From NCBI GenBank assembly GCA_964016885.1, contig OZ024743.1, positions 107,136,001-107,200,000 on the forward strand: a DNA stretch of 64,000 bases, given 5' to 3'. This document shows, in pieces, positions 28,583-43,385 of this stretch. The position numbers and the translations under genes were made by a program. This DNA is from Eledone cirrhosa. Its lineage: Eukaryota. How positions within the stretch are numbered: the stretch's first letter is position 1; each line of letters starts with the position of its first letter. The notes under the pieces were generated by a model that did not search any database, was not told where the DNA came from, and saw only the letters and a list, made by a program, of their open reading frames with translations.

Positions 28583-28649
28583 TTTTATCTGATGAAAACA
28601 CAAATATTATTGCATGATGATGTTTGTTTTTGAAATGCGCATAATAAAA
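28583..28649 (+). ncRNA. Type I hammerhead ribozyme (right arm)
   Basis: ttttat CTGATGA [~16-bp stem II aaacacaaatattatt/gatgatgtttgttttt] GAAA tgcgca TA ataaaa. Palindromic stem III, AUA triplet. Confidence 0.75.
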
Positions 28650-28777
28650 TACATGGAACTCCTTTAACCATCTTTTGATCTTATATTATATTATGCATAC
28701 TCCAGTCCTACAAACTGTAGAGTGCTTCTTATCCGATATCTGCATTGCTTTATTGTACTACAATAAAACTCACCTCC

Positions 28778-28843
<66 letters not shown>

Positions 28844-28848
<5 letters not shown>

Positions 28849-28939
28849 GTGGTAACACAACAGTTAGATCACCATACCGAGAACAATTGTTTCAGCTTAG
28901 CGGAACTATGGTGAACTAACTTTTGTGTTACCACTTCTA
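28844..28939. repeat. Fold-back (inverted repeat) insert next to (TA)n
   Basis: tagaagtggtaacacaacagttagatcaccata ... tatggtgaactaacttttgtgttaccacttcta. Confidence 0.85.
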
Positions 28940-29001
28940 CCCAACTCGTCCCATTGACTGAGTGCTCTACCACTACGGATATTACCTTCCAGTGTTCTAC
29001 A

Positions 29002-29148
<147 letters not shown>

Positions 29149-29199
29149 CCTATTCGTGACCGAATAGGATTTATATATTTTTCAAAGACCAGAAGTTGC

Positions 29200-29425
29200 C
29201 AACGCATACAAGTCTGCCTTCATCACACCACCGATGTTGTCCACGGCAAAGGCAAAAGTCGATACATATTGGCACCAGCGACGCTCAACTAATTTCTACA
29301 GCTGAGTGAACTGGAGCAACGTGAAGTAAACTGTCTTGCGCAATCACACATCGCATCGTACGTTCTGAGAATGGAATGCACAACTTCACGAATTTAAACC
29401 CAACTATCTAACCACTAAGCCATGA
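29200..29425 (-). mobile_element. SINE family 2, diverged copy
   Basis: ctggagcaacgtgaagtaaactgtcttgc...ctaaccactaagccatg is homologous to 8300-8420. Confidence 0.7.
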
Positions 29426-30224
29426 AATTCCCCCACACACACATACACATACATACCCCCCCCCCCCCTCCCCTCACACACACACACATACGCGCATAGA
29501 CATTCACATTTACACACGAATATGTAATTCCGGGTTTTATATTCATAGCTATTTTCCAAGACATTCAAGTGAAAGTGCGAAAAGAAAATCTCCTTAACCT
29601 GCAAACCAACCTTCAAACATTGTCGGTGAAAAATCACAGGATTGATATTCCGAACTCTCAGACAAAATGGAAATTTTGAACATTTTATAATGACAATAAA
29701 ACTAAGTTTACGAAATCTAAAGTGAAAATTGATTGTAAAAAAAAAAAGCGGATTTCAATATATGATATAATGCATAGGACTAGAATAAATTCTCAGGTGT
29801 TAATTTCTATCCCTCCATATATTATCGGTTTATCTTAAGTGTAAACTATAGTCCTAATTATGTGAACATCACACATGGCCTAGTTTGTGTTTGTTCGTTC
29901 GTTTGAGTCAATGTAGTTGTTTATTCCTGCATATATGCCTCTTCATGTATGCATGAGTCACAAATAGCTTGCACAAATCTATATTTTATTACTGCAATAA
30001 CATTTAAATTCTAATTATAAGATAATACATAATTTATACAAAATATATACAAAATTCTTCAACTATTTCAGGTTGAAAAAAGCATATCACCAACGATTAA
30101 ATGCGTGCATGCGGCATACAAATGGTTAGAGGCTCAGTCACACGCTATCATCTTTGTCAACCCTTTTACATCTCTGGGAGAAATTTACATGATATAACTA
30201 AATAACGTTATAATTTTCTGGATT

Positions 30225-30415
30225 AGAGCATCAGATATATGCTTTACGATATAGAGTTATGTCCATTTAAGTTCTGAGTTCAAATGCGACCGAGATTAAT
30301 TTTACCTATCATCCTTAGGAGCTTGCTAAAAAGTGGCAATAACACACTAAAGTCGATTTAATGGACTTTCCTGTCCCCAAGGAATGGTTGGCATTGTGCC
30401 TAAATCAGAAACCAG
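30225..30415 (+). mobile_element. SINE family 1, diverged copy
   Basis: ttctgagttcaaatgcgaccgagattaattttacctatcatcc...ttgtgcctaaatcagaaac. Confidence 0.65.
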
Positions 30416-30666
30416 TATAAATATCCGTATTGTGGCGACTAGATTTCCAAATCTCCTATAGCCAACCTAACCTATATATATATACACACACACACACACA
30501 CAGTCAGACACACAAACACACAGACACAGACAGACACACACACACGCACACGCACACGCACACGCACAGACACACACATACACACACAGACACACACAGA
30601 CACACACACACACACACTAATATATATCTATATCTATATATATGTAAATATATATGCGCGCAAGCA

Positions 30667-30733
<67 letters not shown>

Positions 30734-30734
30734 C

Positions 30735-30816
<82 letters not shown>

Positions 30817-31337
30817 TAATTTGGTAGATATGTAGATAGATAGATAGAAAGACAGATACGATCATAAATGCATACATCAATAGTAAAATACCTGCACTAC
30901 CCGTTGTTCATAACAAAGAGGGCTGAACGTCCAATAAATCATAGGAGAGATAAGAAAACGTGATGGTAGGAGCTTAAATAGCTTTATACCTTTATACCCA
31001 CTAAACGTCTTACAATCTGTTGAATAGAAGCAGTTTGTTGAGAGTGGCGCCTTGTGTATTCAGCTGGGCGGGAAAATGCTCGTAGTGTGACAGACATGTA
31101 TTCGTGTGGCAAACAAAAGCTATTTTAACTGTATATTTCCAACTTCAGAATAAAATCTGGCATATGTAAGCTTCTGAGTATATATTTATAAACAACACTC
31201 TCGCACGCGCATAAATATATAGACATCCTACACACACATCTGTACATTTGTATATGTATGTGTATCTATCTCTTCGTCTGTCCCTTTCTTTCTCTCTTCC
31301 TCTTTCTCCCCCCTCTCTCTCTATATATGTACATACG

Positions 31338-31369
<32 letters not shown>

Positions 31370-31798
31370 TTATTATAAATATATATATTTGTATATATAT
31401 ATATATATAAGTATATATAGAGACAGAGGGGGGTGGAGAGAGAAATGGAGAGACAAAGAGAGTGATACATATATATATATATGTATATATATGAACAACT
31501 ATATATAAATATATGTGTGTGCGTATGTATGATAATCATATATATATATATATACATATATACATATGATTATCTATCTATATGTGTGTACTTGCGAGAT
31601 TGTGTGAATGAATGTGTTTCAGCGATTATAAATATATGCATTTTTTTGCACGAAAGAATCCATTTCTTAAAGCAATCGATAGAATATAAAATATAACTAG
31701 GTACGTTCCTAAACACATACATACAAATATACAAATATACGTACAGAGAAACACACACTCAAACACACACGCACACACACGCCCCCCCCCCACACACA

Positions 31799-31847
<49 letters not shown>

Positions 31848-31892
31848 ACACACACACACACGCGCGCGCGCGCACACACCCACATACACACC

Positions 31893-31976
<84 letters not shown>

Positions 31977-32215
31977 GAAGGCATGTACAAAGTGATGGCA
32001 ATTATGGCATCGGAAGATGGAAAACAATGTGCCTCGGCCGGTGGACCCAACATCTTTTGAAAACATAACCAAAGAAAACAAGAAACCAAATGTAAGTAAC
32101 GTACATAACTGCGGCATAAGCAGTCCTAAAGACTCATGTTCGTGCCACCCATGTTTGAGAGTGGAAGTGACGTGGCGGAAATGTTTGAATCCGAGACACA
32201 GCCATATATATATAT

Positions 32216-32268
32216 GAGCTTCCTGAAGATTTCATCTGAATGAAACAGTACTAGTCCCGTAGAAGCTC
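32216..32268 (+). ncRNA. Type I hammerhead ribozyme (family A variant) in a ~31975-32356 pLTR-like element
   Basis: gagcttc CTGAAGA tttc-atct-gaat GAAA cag..ccg TA gaagctc, with a 7-bp stem I. The downstream tail (tactctgccatgtattgagtaccttacttactgtggtta...caacccgg) is shared with the 53600 and 62400 copies. Confidence 0.8.
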
Positions 32269-32857
32269 CTTCTATACAATAAACATTTTTTTACTCTGCC
32301 ATGTATTGAGTACCTTACTTACTGTGGTTATCCCCGACTCAACCCGGGACCTACGTATATATATATATATATATATACATACATTCAACCATTCCTTTCA
32401 AAGGGTCATGAATTCAACTAAAGTGAATTACTTTTCACCTTAACATCATATGAAAAAAACAATTTGATTGGTTAGTTCTTCAACTACCTCCAAATAAGGA
32501 CAAGATACTAACATACTACGAATTCTGAATAAAATTATTATTGCTTTTGAATACAGCTGGTGATATGCATGTAAGTAAATATTCTCTTTATTTGATATCT
32601 TGTAACTGACCTTACATAGTTCAATAACAAAGTATAGCTACAATGTATTATCATCACCTAGAAACGATCGTAAAGCAGTGAAGTATATTTCTAATGACTT
32701 GATTTTTTATTTCATTGTTTTAACTTATATCATGACTCTGTTTTCCTTTTAATGTTTTATTGTTTACCGGGATTTAGCTTAACCTACAACATGTTCAACA
32801 TATGGATTGCACTGTGTTCTTCATGCAGAATAGACCCCACAACTTACCGTGGATATC

Positions 32858-32943
<86 letters not shown>

Positions 32944-33273
32944 GTATGTATGCATATATTTGTTTATGTATATGTATATATATATGCGCCTCTATATCAA
33001 TATATGTATATATTTGTGTACGTCTATGTTTATGAGTCTATGTAGGTAAACTTATTTAATGCAGTGATGTTACTTTTATGTATGCAGAAGTATACGGGTA
33101 TATATTGGTATATACGGGTATATACGGGTATATACGGGTACATATGGATATGAAAAATAATCTACCATTTTTCTTGTGGAGAAAAATGCCTCCATAATTA
33201 CATGTTGCATGCTGCACTTATCTGCGTACTCCATATGCACTCATACTTACTTAAATACCTACGTACATACATA

Positions 33274-33392
<119 letters not shown>

Positions 33393-35848
33393 AATATATA
33401 TGGCGTATATGCATTTATACATGCATTTTCGAACACACATATCTATCTATATATACATATTATATGCATATATATATATATTCATGAATACATAAGCGCA
33501 TTCCAAATTTCATACCTACATAAATACAGACCTACAGACAAAAATACATACTTCCATAAATGCATTAATATATACTTGCCTTTATAAATACATGGAACAG
33601 TTGAATATACATACAAGTGAAATGTGTCCACAAACATGTTATAAGATACATAATAAATATCTAAGCAGCTATTTAAATTTAAACCATCTTGTATAGAAAG
33701 CTTTTTAAAGTCGAAATCTTGTCATACATAATCTTCGTCTATTTTTGTCGTTATCTTCCATTTATAAAATCTCTTAGTATTCAATACTTATGTACACATA
33801 AATATGTCGCCATCGATTATCTCGACATAAGGGCACATTGACCAGGTTGTATTTTTTCTCATTTTCATCCGTTTTATGGTCACTATTTCGTGTTGAAATT
33901 GATAGGTACATTTGAAATTGATAGGTACAATTGATAGGTACTAAATGTTCAAGAAATTCATTGGTGATAGTACCTAATAGGCAGTAATCAAACTTAAACT
34001 CACAGCTGCAGTGTGATCTTATACCGAATGAAATTATGTAGTACTATATTTCTACTAGCTGCATGCACTTTCTTAAATTTTCGCAATGGCAACATCTAAA
34101 CATTTCACCTTCTTCATAATAGATACGAATCGATCATAGAGAATTGATTATATTATGTTTATATGAAAAAAAAAACAGAGTCAAAACTCATTGAAGTCAA
34201 CGTTGAATTTCATCCTTTAGAAGTCAATAAAAAAGTACAAGTTCAGTATTGCGTTGATTCTTCTTGTAGATCTTTTCACACTTACTTTCACTCTACTTCA
34301 CTGGAAGAAATATGTAGACAGTAGATTGGCTGCACCAAGTTTAGGGAAGTGCCGAAGACTTGCTCTATGTCACTACGATACCGCAGAGTTGCGGGTCCTT
34401 ACAAACCAAGTCAGTTTCTGTTTGAATTGAAATAGGCAGGAATGGCTTCGTCATACACTAGTGCGCGCTCGATAAAATTAGCAGTTCACATGTAAACGTT
34501 TCAATTACTAATCAACTTTTGTGTTTATTCCCAGGCATAAGTGCATATCAAGTATTATCTACGTTGACGAGTGAGGTAGAGCGGATGTTAATTTGATGGT
34601 GATTCAAACAAATTCGTTTCCCTGTAATGACTATTTCACTAACTGCACTCATTTCACAATATCCTGATGGCAATACGAAATTTCATTAATACATATATAT
34701 CATATCACAACTGATTTACCAATTGTCTCTATTAATTGTATAAAAGTATTGGGACTAGAATGTAGCAATGACAAAAAACATTGAATAAATATATTCGCTT
34801 TTATGTGACTAAAGTTAAATGCGGTTTTATGAATGTAACAGGACGCGGCCTTCAATTTGTCTCAGTTGTTCAATGATAACAAGTCATGTGTTTACATAGT
34901 AGCCTATTTTGTATCCAATGTGATATTTGTTATTCCTAAAAATTAGTTAGAGTGTTCGTAACACCTTAGAGATCCATCATTCCATTGCTGCCTCCTTAAC
35001 TTCCTAGAGAGTCGTAAGGGACCCGTAATATACGATGCGTCTTGGGTAATTGAACCTGGCGGAAACCATTATTCTCTAAGTCGAAATACAGCAGATGTTG
35101 TGTAGAGAAAGAGAGAGAGCGGGAGCAAAAGAAAGGAATTGAGAAATAGAAATAGAGGGATAATCGAGAACAGTATTAACGACGCTACCAAATTTGCCGT
35201 CTTACTTTATATATAGAAAATGCTAGAAAATTTGTGTACAAGCACCTTACGGAATTTTTAACGAATCTGAACATGGAATTTTGCAAAATAATTAATGTGG
35301 GAATATATGAAAATCAAAACTGAATTGTAGGTTCGATTTGTCGTAGTTGTTTATGTTTATTCTAAACATCTTGCACTTGATTTTGGAATATACTTCTGTA
35401 TTCTGCAAAGATTCGCTGACATTCAGCAATGAAATGCTAATAGCATACACTCCATAGTGTAAAGATGTATGATATGAAGAAATATACAAAATGGGATTAA
35501 ACCAAACAAACGCAGAGATGATAAATGTATTGGGTAGATTTTAGAAAGGGCTTATTCAGTGCGTAAGAATTGTCGGAAAAGAGAAAGACAGATAGGAAGA
35601 CAGAAAGGGATGGTGAACATAGCACGTATGTTTGACAGAAGTAGAAGGAAGGGGTATCTCACAATCAGACAAACTGATATATAGACAAAGAAACTGAGAT
35701 GTTGATTGCATGGAATTAAAAATTGTTTGAGAGAAAAAGCGATATAGAGCCGTCTACATACACTCATTCTCTCAAAAACGCACTCATACTCACACCTACA
35801 CACATATATATAAATGTAAATCTATATGCATATATAGATACATATACA

Positions 35849-36104
<256 letters not shown>

Positions 36105-36819
36105 CTACACGTAAAGACACACGCACATACCATATATGTGTGTATATGAAGTGACAGGAAACGAGAGAGAGAGAGAGGGAGGGAGAGACAGAGAGAGTGA
36201 GAGAGAGGGAGAGAGAGGGAGAGGGGGGGGAGAGTTCACTAAATTCAACTAACTTGCATGTTAAGCATTCTACCGAACACAACAGAAACCATGACAGCCA
36301 CCACCACAACCACCACTACTCCAACCACAGCCACGACTATCCCAACTACAATCACTACCACCACCATCAACAAGAGCATCTTCGTCATCCCCACCAACTC
36401 CAATATCACCAACACCAAATTCCTCGAACGCAGAGAGAAACAATTCAAAAGCTATGCTAGATATCGTGAAATCAATGTATTTGCTTGCACTGCAAGGACT
36501 ATGTGGTATTTGAATTGCAAGTGTTATGGAACAAGTAAAAGACATTCAGTTAAAGATATATGGTAAATTGTAAATGTCAAGATGTCCATATGTTACCATC
36601 GAAATAGTGAACATAGAGTTACGTATAGGCATTTGTATCCCTTCTAATAGCCACCGCCTACCCCCCCCCCCCCCCCTCTACCCACATCTCCGCTGCCTAT
36701 ACTAAACATTTGCTACATAAGGATTCTTAGAAGAGAGGCGCAGATCGAATTTTGAACAGAAGTAGATGCGGTATTATGCATGGTATTCTTAACTTAACGT
36801 TCATATTGCTTTTATTGTT

Positions 36820-37046
36820 CCTATTATTGGTGTTGTTGTTGTTGTTGCTGTTGTTGTTGTTGGTGGTGGTGGTGTTGCTGTTGTTGTTGTTGGTGGTGGT
36901 GGTAGTGGTGGTAGTGGTGGTGATGGTGTTTGTGGTGGTGATGCTGGTGGTGTTTGTGGTTGTGGTGTTGGTGTTTGTTGTTGCTGGTGTTGCTGTTGTT
37001 GTTGTTGTTGCTGTTGTTGTTGTTGTTGGTGTTGTTGTTGTTGGTG

Positions 37047-37078
<32 letters not shown>

Positions 37079-37723
37079 GATGGTATTGGTAGTGGTAGTG
37101 GTAGTGGTAACGGTGGCTCTGGTTGTGATGTTGGTGGTGTTTCTGGTGGTGGTGGTGGTGGTGGTGGTAGTGGTGGCTGTGGTTGTGATATTGATGATGG
37201 TGGTGGTGGTGGTTGCGGTGATGGCAGTGCTTGTGGTTATGATGTCGGTGGTGGTGGTGTTAGGGTTGGTAGTGGTGGGGTTGGTGTTGATGAAGGTGGT
37301 GATGGTGGTGGTGATGGTAGATGTCATTGAAGTTCCCGTTGTTATTGGTATTGCCGTTGCAGTTGTTGTTCTTGCTGTAATGTATGTTGCTGCTATTGTT
37401 GATATTTGTGTTGTCCTTGATGATATTGTCGTCTATATTTACTAGTTTCTTTTATCTTCTCATCACTATCAATGTCATTACCAGCATCATCATCACTATC
37501 AACGTTATCGTTGTCATCATCATCATCATCACCATCACCATCACCAATCATCACCATCATCATCATCATCATCATCATCATCACCATCACCATCATTATC
37601 ACCATCATCATCAACAACAACAACAATAAGAGCATCAACATGAACAAAACATTATCATCATTGCCCTCGTCACCAACATCATTAGCATCGTCCCCATTGC
37701 CATCATTGTCAGCATCATCCTCG

Positions 37724-37771
<48 letters not shown>

Positions 37772-37860
37772 CCATCACCCTCCTCGTCTTCGCCGTCGTT
37801 GCGCCGTCGTCGTCTTCATCATAAACACCAACGACATCATCCTCATTCATCATCCTTGAT
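36820..37860. repeat. Compound trinucleotide low-complexity region (GTT/GGT then CAT/CAC)
   Basis: Directly visible; accounts for the poly-V/G/T/H/S ORFs in all frames. Confidence 0.9.
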
Positions 37861-38654
37861 GTAATTCGTGTTTCTTGTGTTGAGAATATACAGAATATGC
37901 AGCATGACATTTCGGTATTGTAATCCTCTGAAGTATGTTACATTTCAATCTCTATAACGTTTCATTTTCCCTCTTCACTTGTATCTCTTTCTATTATTTC
38001 TTTATTCATTTCCTTTAACATTCATTGGTTTCATCTTCATCTTTTTTCTTTTATTTTTTTTCTGCATTTGCATTGCTTTATTCTACACTGCTTACCACTC
38101 CATCCTCATAATGGAAAGGTTTTCATTTCTTTTCCACTCACAGTTAGTGTAATGTTTAAAAGGTAATGAAAACCCTAAACGTCCGGTACCACATAAAGCT
38201 CATTACCAAGTCATTCTTGAAGTGTACAAAAAAACATTACTCTGACTGCATCACATCAATCATTAAATTATTTACTCCAATACTGCAGTTTTTAACAATA
38301 TATCTACTAATAAAGATACTATAATATATGTAAATAAATAAACAAATATGAAACCCCATTAGCAAGGTATTCATTAAAAGTAAAAAAAAAAACCCCAGCA
38401 AAATGACTATTTTATATTAAAAATTAAATCCTTTAGTTTAATACTGCAAAGTTTCACAACATGTCTGCAACTAAATATTCTATACAAGCTTCTTTTTATA
38501 TATTGCCATTACTGTTTAATCATCAAATGTTTATAGTTATTAGTGTAAGTTTTCACAACCAGTCCACTAGTCAACATACGATAAATATTTGAATTATCAA
38601 GTTGGTTGTTAGATATTTCCATTTCTGTTAAATGATTACAGGACGTTAATAATG

Positions 38655-38884
38655 TTTTTTTTATATAGGTACAAGGTCATCAATGTTTTCTTTTTTTGGG
38701 GGGGGGAGGGGGGAGTCGATTAAATCGACAGCAGTGCTTGACTGGTACTTTGTTTTATTGACATAGTGAGGATGAAAGGCAAAGTTAACCTCGGCGGGAT
38801 TTGAACTCACATCATACAGGGCTGTAACTCTATGCTACAAAGCATGGCATCCGACTCTCTACCGATACTGCCATTCCACCGCCC
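38655..38884 (-). mobile_element. SINE family 1 with 18-bp target-site duplication
   Basis: TSD tacaggacgttaataatg at 38637-38654 and 38885-38902. Confidence 0.9.
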
Positions 38885-40027
38885 TACAGGACGTTAATAA
38901 TGAAAGCCATCCAGAACATATTAGGGTTATAATAAAGGAACCGTGCACAGCTGGAATTCTACATTACACAACTGCTCCGTACTAGAATCTCTTTATTTAG
39001 ACTTCCTGTAATTTTGTGTAGGTTGATGGTTAGCTTTCGATATACGGCGGCACATTATGACCTTGGACAATATATGTTATTTCCCATTGCTCCAGCCCAA
39101 TGGGCTGATAAAAGTGAATTGTATGCCCGTATTTTAAAGGGTCTCCCTGCTACATGTCCTGTCGTAGTGAGTCTACTTCCCTGAGAAAAAACGTTACATG
39201 TGCAGCTGTCCTGAGAATGCACGGTAAATTCTTGAGCAGTTTGTTCTGTTGTTTGGACATCTGGAACTCTCATCTTCGGAAACGAGGCAGGCTAAATAGT
39301 GTAATGTTAACATAGTTGTAGACGTAAACACCAAATATCCTGTATTTTTATAATTCCCCTCGATTTTATTCGTTATAGTGAGGTGGGATCTACTTTACCG
39401 AGAGAGTTAGTGAGAGAAAATGTACACTATTCTAGAAATAAAAGTGGTGAGGTTCCTGCTTAATGTGATAAGTCACAACATTGAAATTAATTAAAATAGC
39501 ACATATGGTGAGGAGAAATAATCATTTGGCTAATAATTAGTTTGGGTGCAGAAAGGCATGCAGACAACTCATAAATCTTAATTAGTTAAATTAATAAAGA
39601 TAGTATTTGGACAATATAGTGTGGGGGTGAGTTTGAACTTGGCAATATGGCGACAAATTCGAATGTGCTTCGGTTTTATTAAACCGCATTAGCAAAGTGT
39701 ACTCATTAGAGTTAATGTTAGAAAAGATTAAGAGAAAGAGAATAAACAACTAGATGTGTAATGATTTGACATAAGAAGTCAAGAAAAACGAAATGGTAAA
39801 TCTGTTGCTAACGTAATTAAAATAGTTTACTTAGAAATGTCAATTAATTAAAATTACACCTGTGTTGAGATGAAATAATCGGCAACTAGCTGTGAAAGAC
39901 ATAAAGACAATTTCGCACAATTTATAGCATATGAATAGAAGAATATAATGTTTTTCACATTTATATACCTCCCATCATAAACACTAGTAAGACATATATG
40001 ATATATATTTTATTCCGTATAATGTGA

Positions 40028-40114
<87 letters not shown>

Positions 40115-40189
40115 AACCCCCCACTCCCACTCCACCCCACACACACACACATCCGTTTATGTTTGTGTTCTGAAAGATTCTTGATGTGA

Positions 40190-40970
40190 AATCGAGTGTG
40201 AAACCGAACCGATATTGTTATGTGTTAGGTCATGTTACTAGTATTGCCAATAAAAAGAAACGCACCACCATGTGATTTCAATTCATCTTTGTTGCTTGTT
40301 ATTCAGTCTTTCATCAGAATTCCTTCGTCACATGCTATGACCTGCTTAATGGCTATATGTTCTCTTTCCTAGTCCAACTTTTATTTGTTTTGACATGGGT
40401 GTTGTGAGGGATGAATAAATGGGGGTTGACAGTGGGGGATAGAGAAGGATGTGATAGGTGATGGACTCAAGTAGATGGAAGAGGTAAAGAAGGGGGTATA
40501 TGTATATATGTTTAATAGTTGTTTCTTGGCGAATAAAATTTGGATGGTTTCTTGGGAGCATGAATTGCACGGGCGACGTTCACCTTGAAAACGGTACTCC
40601 ATTACAGGTTATAGGTATACGTTTGCTGCGTGAGTCCATATGTAGCTGGATAGTGTGGCACCATTCCTCCGGCTCAGGTTCTTTAGCTTTGTTGGTACTG
40701 GTAGAATCTTGTCTTAATTCACAGGTCGTTAATCTGATCTAAGCTCTGTCGGGTCACTTGTAGATAAGGTTCTGTAGCCGGCATTTGGTGTTTATAGGAC
40801 AACTGTTCTGGTCCCTGCAATTACATGGCCAAGATTTCAAATCGCTGACGTCTGAGCTGGTTATGGAATTAAGTTTGGCAGTGTTGTAGGAAGCGATGAC
40901 TGATTTGTGCGAAGTTGGGTGTGGTGCTGAAAGAGAGTTTGTGTGTTACTTTTAAAGGTATTAGTGCTGC
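40190..40970 (-). mobile_element. Decayed PLE 3' fragment (GIY-YIG region + pLTR)
   Basis: Minus-strand remnants KLSFSTTPN, PCNCRDQNSCPINTKCRLQNLIYK, KTRFYQ, TLSSYIW. The end (gatattgttatgtgttaggtcat...tattgcca) resembles the pLTR end at 10634-10680. Confidence 0.7.
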
Positions 40971-41025
40971 AATATATATACAAATATATATATATGCACA
41001 CAAACACATACTCATATATATATAT

Positions 41026-41372
41026 ATATATTGGTAAAAGGAAAAGAAAATGCTGACAAATTGTTCCCAGTGAAAAATAGTTTAATTAGGAATAAGTAAA
41101 AATTAGTAATAAGTATTGGTTAGTATTCAGTTTAAGTTTTAAGTTTTTACCGGTTGCTCATTTCTAATGCTTTTCAAAAATAATTTTGAGATAGAGCGCC
41201 CGTGATGTTTGCTCTAATCTGATTAGAGCAAACATCACGGGCGCTCTATCTCAAAATTAATACTAAACTGAATACTAACCAATACTTATTATTAATTTTT
41301 ACTTATTCCTAATTAAACTATTTTTCACTGGGAACAATTTGTCAGCATTTTCTTTTCCTTTTACCAATATAT
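41026..41372. repeat. Palindromic insert in (TA)n; left arm has an extra ~45-bp segment with a degenerate HHR
   Basis: Centre at 41220 (gctctaatc t gattagagc); outer arms ttggtaaaagg.../...ccttttaccaa. Confidence 0.92.
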
Positions 41373-41982
41373 CACAACACGTGTTTTACACCTCTATTCT
41401 TTTAAATATATATATATATATATACATATATATACATATATATACATATGTGTGTGTGTGTGTGTGTTTGTAACAAAGAGTGTGTGGTAAGATACCAGGT
41501 GGACCATAACGTGCCAGATTACTCAATACTCCGATCTAGCCCAGCCGCCGGGGTCCTGATTCATTAGTACATGTGCTACAACATTACAGCATACATCAAC
41601 ACAATGTTTCATTCCAATAGAGGGTGTCTCACCAAACTATGTATTGAATCATTTTCTCTCTAAAGAGTGTATGTATACATGCATACACATACATATCCTG
41701 ATGGACAGTTTTCTATCCAACGTATATCAAGTTATCAGAAATCAACGAACAAATACGTGTTTATTAATTTTCCATGAGAATGTAACATCTGTTCGGATAC
41801 TTTAGTAGCAAAACGTTGACAAGAACTATTAGATAATTTAAATCAAAATTAATGGATCTAGAAGAACACATAAATTTGAAGATATTTGCAGCATCACCTT
41901 CGCTTTTCACCGAATTCGAAACACAAGAGACAGAAAATGAGATTTTCTAATGTATCACGCTGATATTGTTATATATATATAA

Positions 41983-42038
<56 letters not shown>

Positions 42039-42046
<8 letters not shown>

Positions 42047-42149
42047 GAAAAGGTGAAGAATAACATGGTCAACAGTACCAAAAAGTGATTTAAATAAATC
42101 CACTTTTTTGTTCTGTTGACCATGTTATTCTTCACCTTTTCAATTTTAT
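42039..42149. repeat. Fold-back insert next to (TA)n (~50-bp arms)
   Basis: ataaaattgaaaaggtgaagaataacatggtcaacag ... ctgttgaccatgttattcttcaccttttcaattttat. Confidence 0.9.
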
Positions 42150-42254
42150 TACTCCAATATAAACTTACATAGGAATACAAGTGAAATCATAAACTCGTCA
42201 TCTACGTAAACCTCCTGTTGAGTCAAAAAACGTCGTACGCTAACTATTCATAAT

Positions 42255-42438
42255 TGTTTCTACCTTAGGCACAAGGCCAGCAAATACGCAGTACATTACT
42301 GGTACTTTATTTTATCGACCCCGTAAGGATGAAAGGCAAAGTTAACCTCGACGGGATTTGAACTCAGACCGTAAAGGAACGTAACTATGCTAGAAAGCAT
42401 GGCGTCCGACCCTCTACCGATACTGCCAATTCACCACT
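42255..42438 (-). mobile_element. SINE family 1 with 15-bp TSD
   Basis: TSD ctaactattcataat (42240) / ctaactatccataat (42439). Confidence 0.9.
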
Positions 42439-42505
42439 CTAACTATCCATAATAAGGAGTATTCACAACCTCTAACTGGATTACCTATAACGATATTTTG
42501 TTATC

Positions 42506-42600
<95 letters not shown>

Positions 42601-42911
42601 AGTATTTGTTGGTTACTTATCGATACTTCAGTATGCAGGGCAGAGCACTCAACGAAGTTCGCGTGCAGGTCTGTTTAATTCGAAGTAATTTAAAATAACG
42701 TAAAAACAACACCATAATTCGGGACAGGACATATCAAAAGATCGAATTAACAGACGTAAACTTCGTTCCATCATTATGTCTTTCTGTTTTTCTGTTCAAG
42801 TTCTAGCTATCTGATGATGTCATAGCTATTGAATAATGGTCATCACCGAAATATATATACCAGCGAATATGTATAAACGAAGTTAATTTTAACCTGTTGA
42901 CTTACACATTC

Positions 42912-42946
<35 letters not shown>

Positions 42947-43385
42947 TTAATAAAATGTGATACCAAGTAAAGCGAGCAAATGCATGTAGCAATATTTATA
43001 CCACAAACAGGTCGAAGACTAACCTGGACCATCTCGAGTAGGTAAGATTCAATAGAAATGGATAAAAATTTCGGGAAGACACACTACAAGTTGCATAATG
43101 GATATGCAAGTCATACTTGCATTTTCTAGATGGAGGCTTTGTTCCGTATAATCCAACGTGGTTCAGTCAGGAGATATTGAGGCTTTCTACCATTGTAGTA
43201 AATTCGCCAGTCACCTCACGTGACGTTTCTCAAAAAAAGAAGGTCTGGTTTGCCGAAACGTTGGCGAGTAAATTCAGGGTTTCAAGAAAGAAATTATCAC
43301 AGCCTCAAATAAAATCTCTCAACTATCTTTTATAAACAAAAATAACTAACACCTTATCAATTGAATGAAAGTGTGACATTAATAA

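Larger units (their letters stand above)
28370..28687. repeat. Perfect ~155-bp-arm palindrome carrying two divergent hammerhead ribozymes
   Basis: Arms are exact reverse complements around a ~6-nt centre at 28526-28531. Confidence 0.95.

Noticed and set aside
36258-36566. Thr-rich ORF followed by a Cys-containing segment (mucin/PAN-like exon?)
   Set aside because: The Thr tract is a CAC/ACC microsatellite, the splice acceptor is weak and no domain match is recognisable.
36752-37910. Gly/Val/His/Ser-rich ORFs
   Set aside because: Trinucleotide low-complexity DNA open in most frames on both strands.
42945-43290. Possible PLE GIY-YIG remnant (NVI..QVK..FIPQTGRRL) with a ccgaaacgtt tail
   Set aside because: Suggestive but too degenerate to annotate without alignment.
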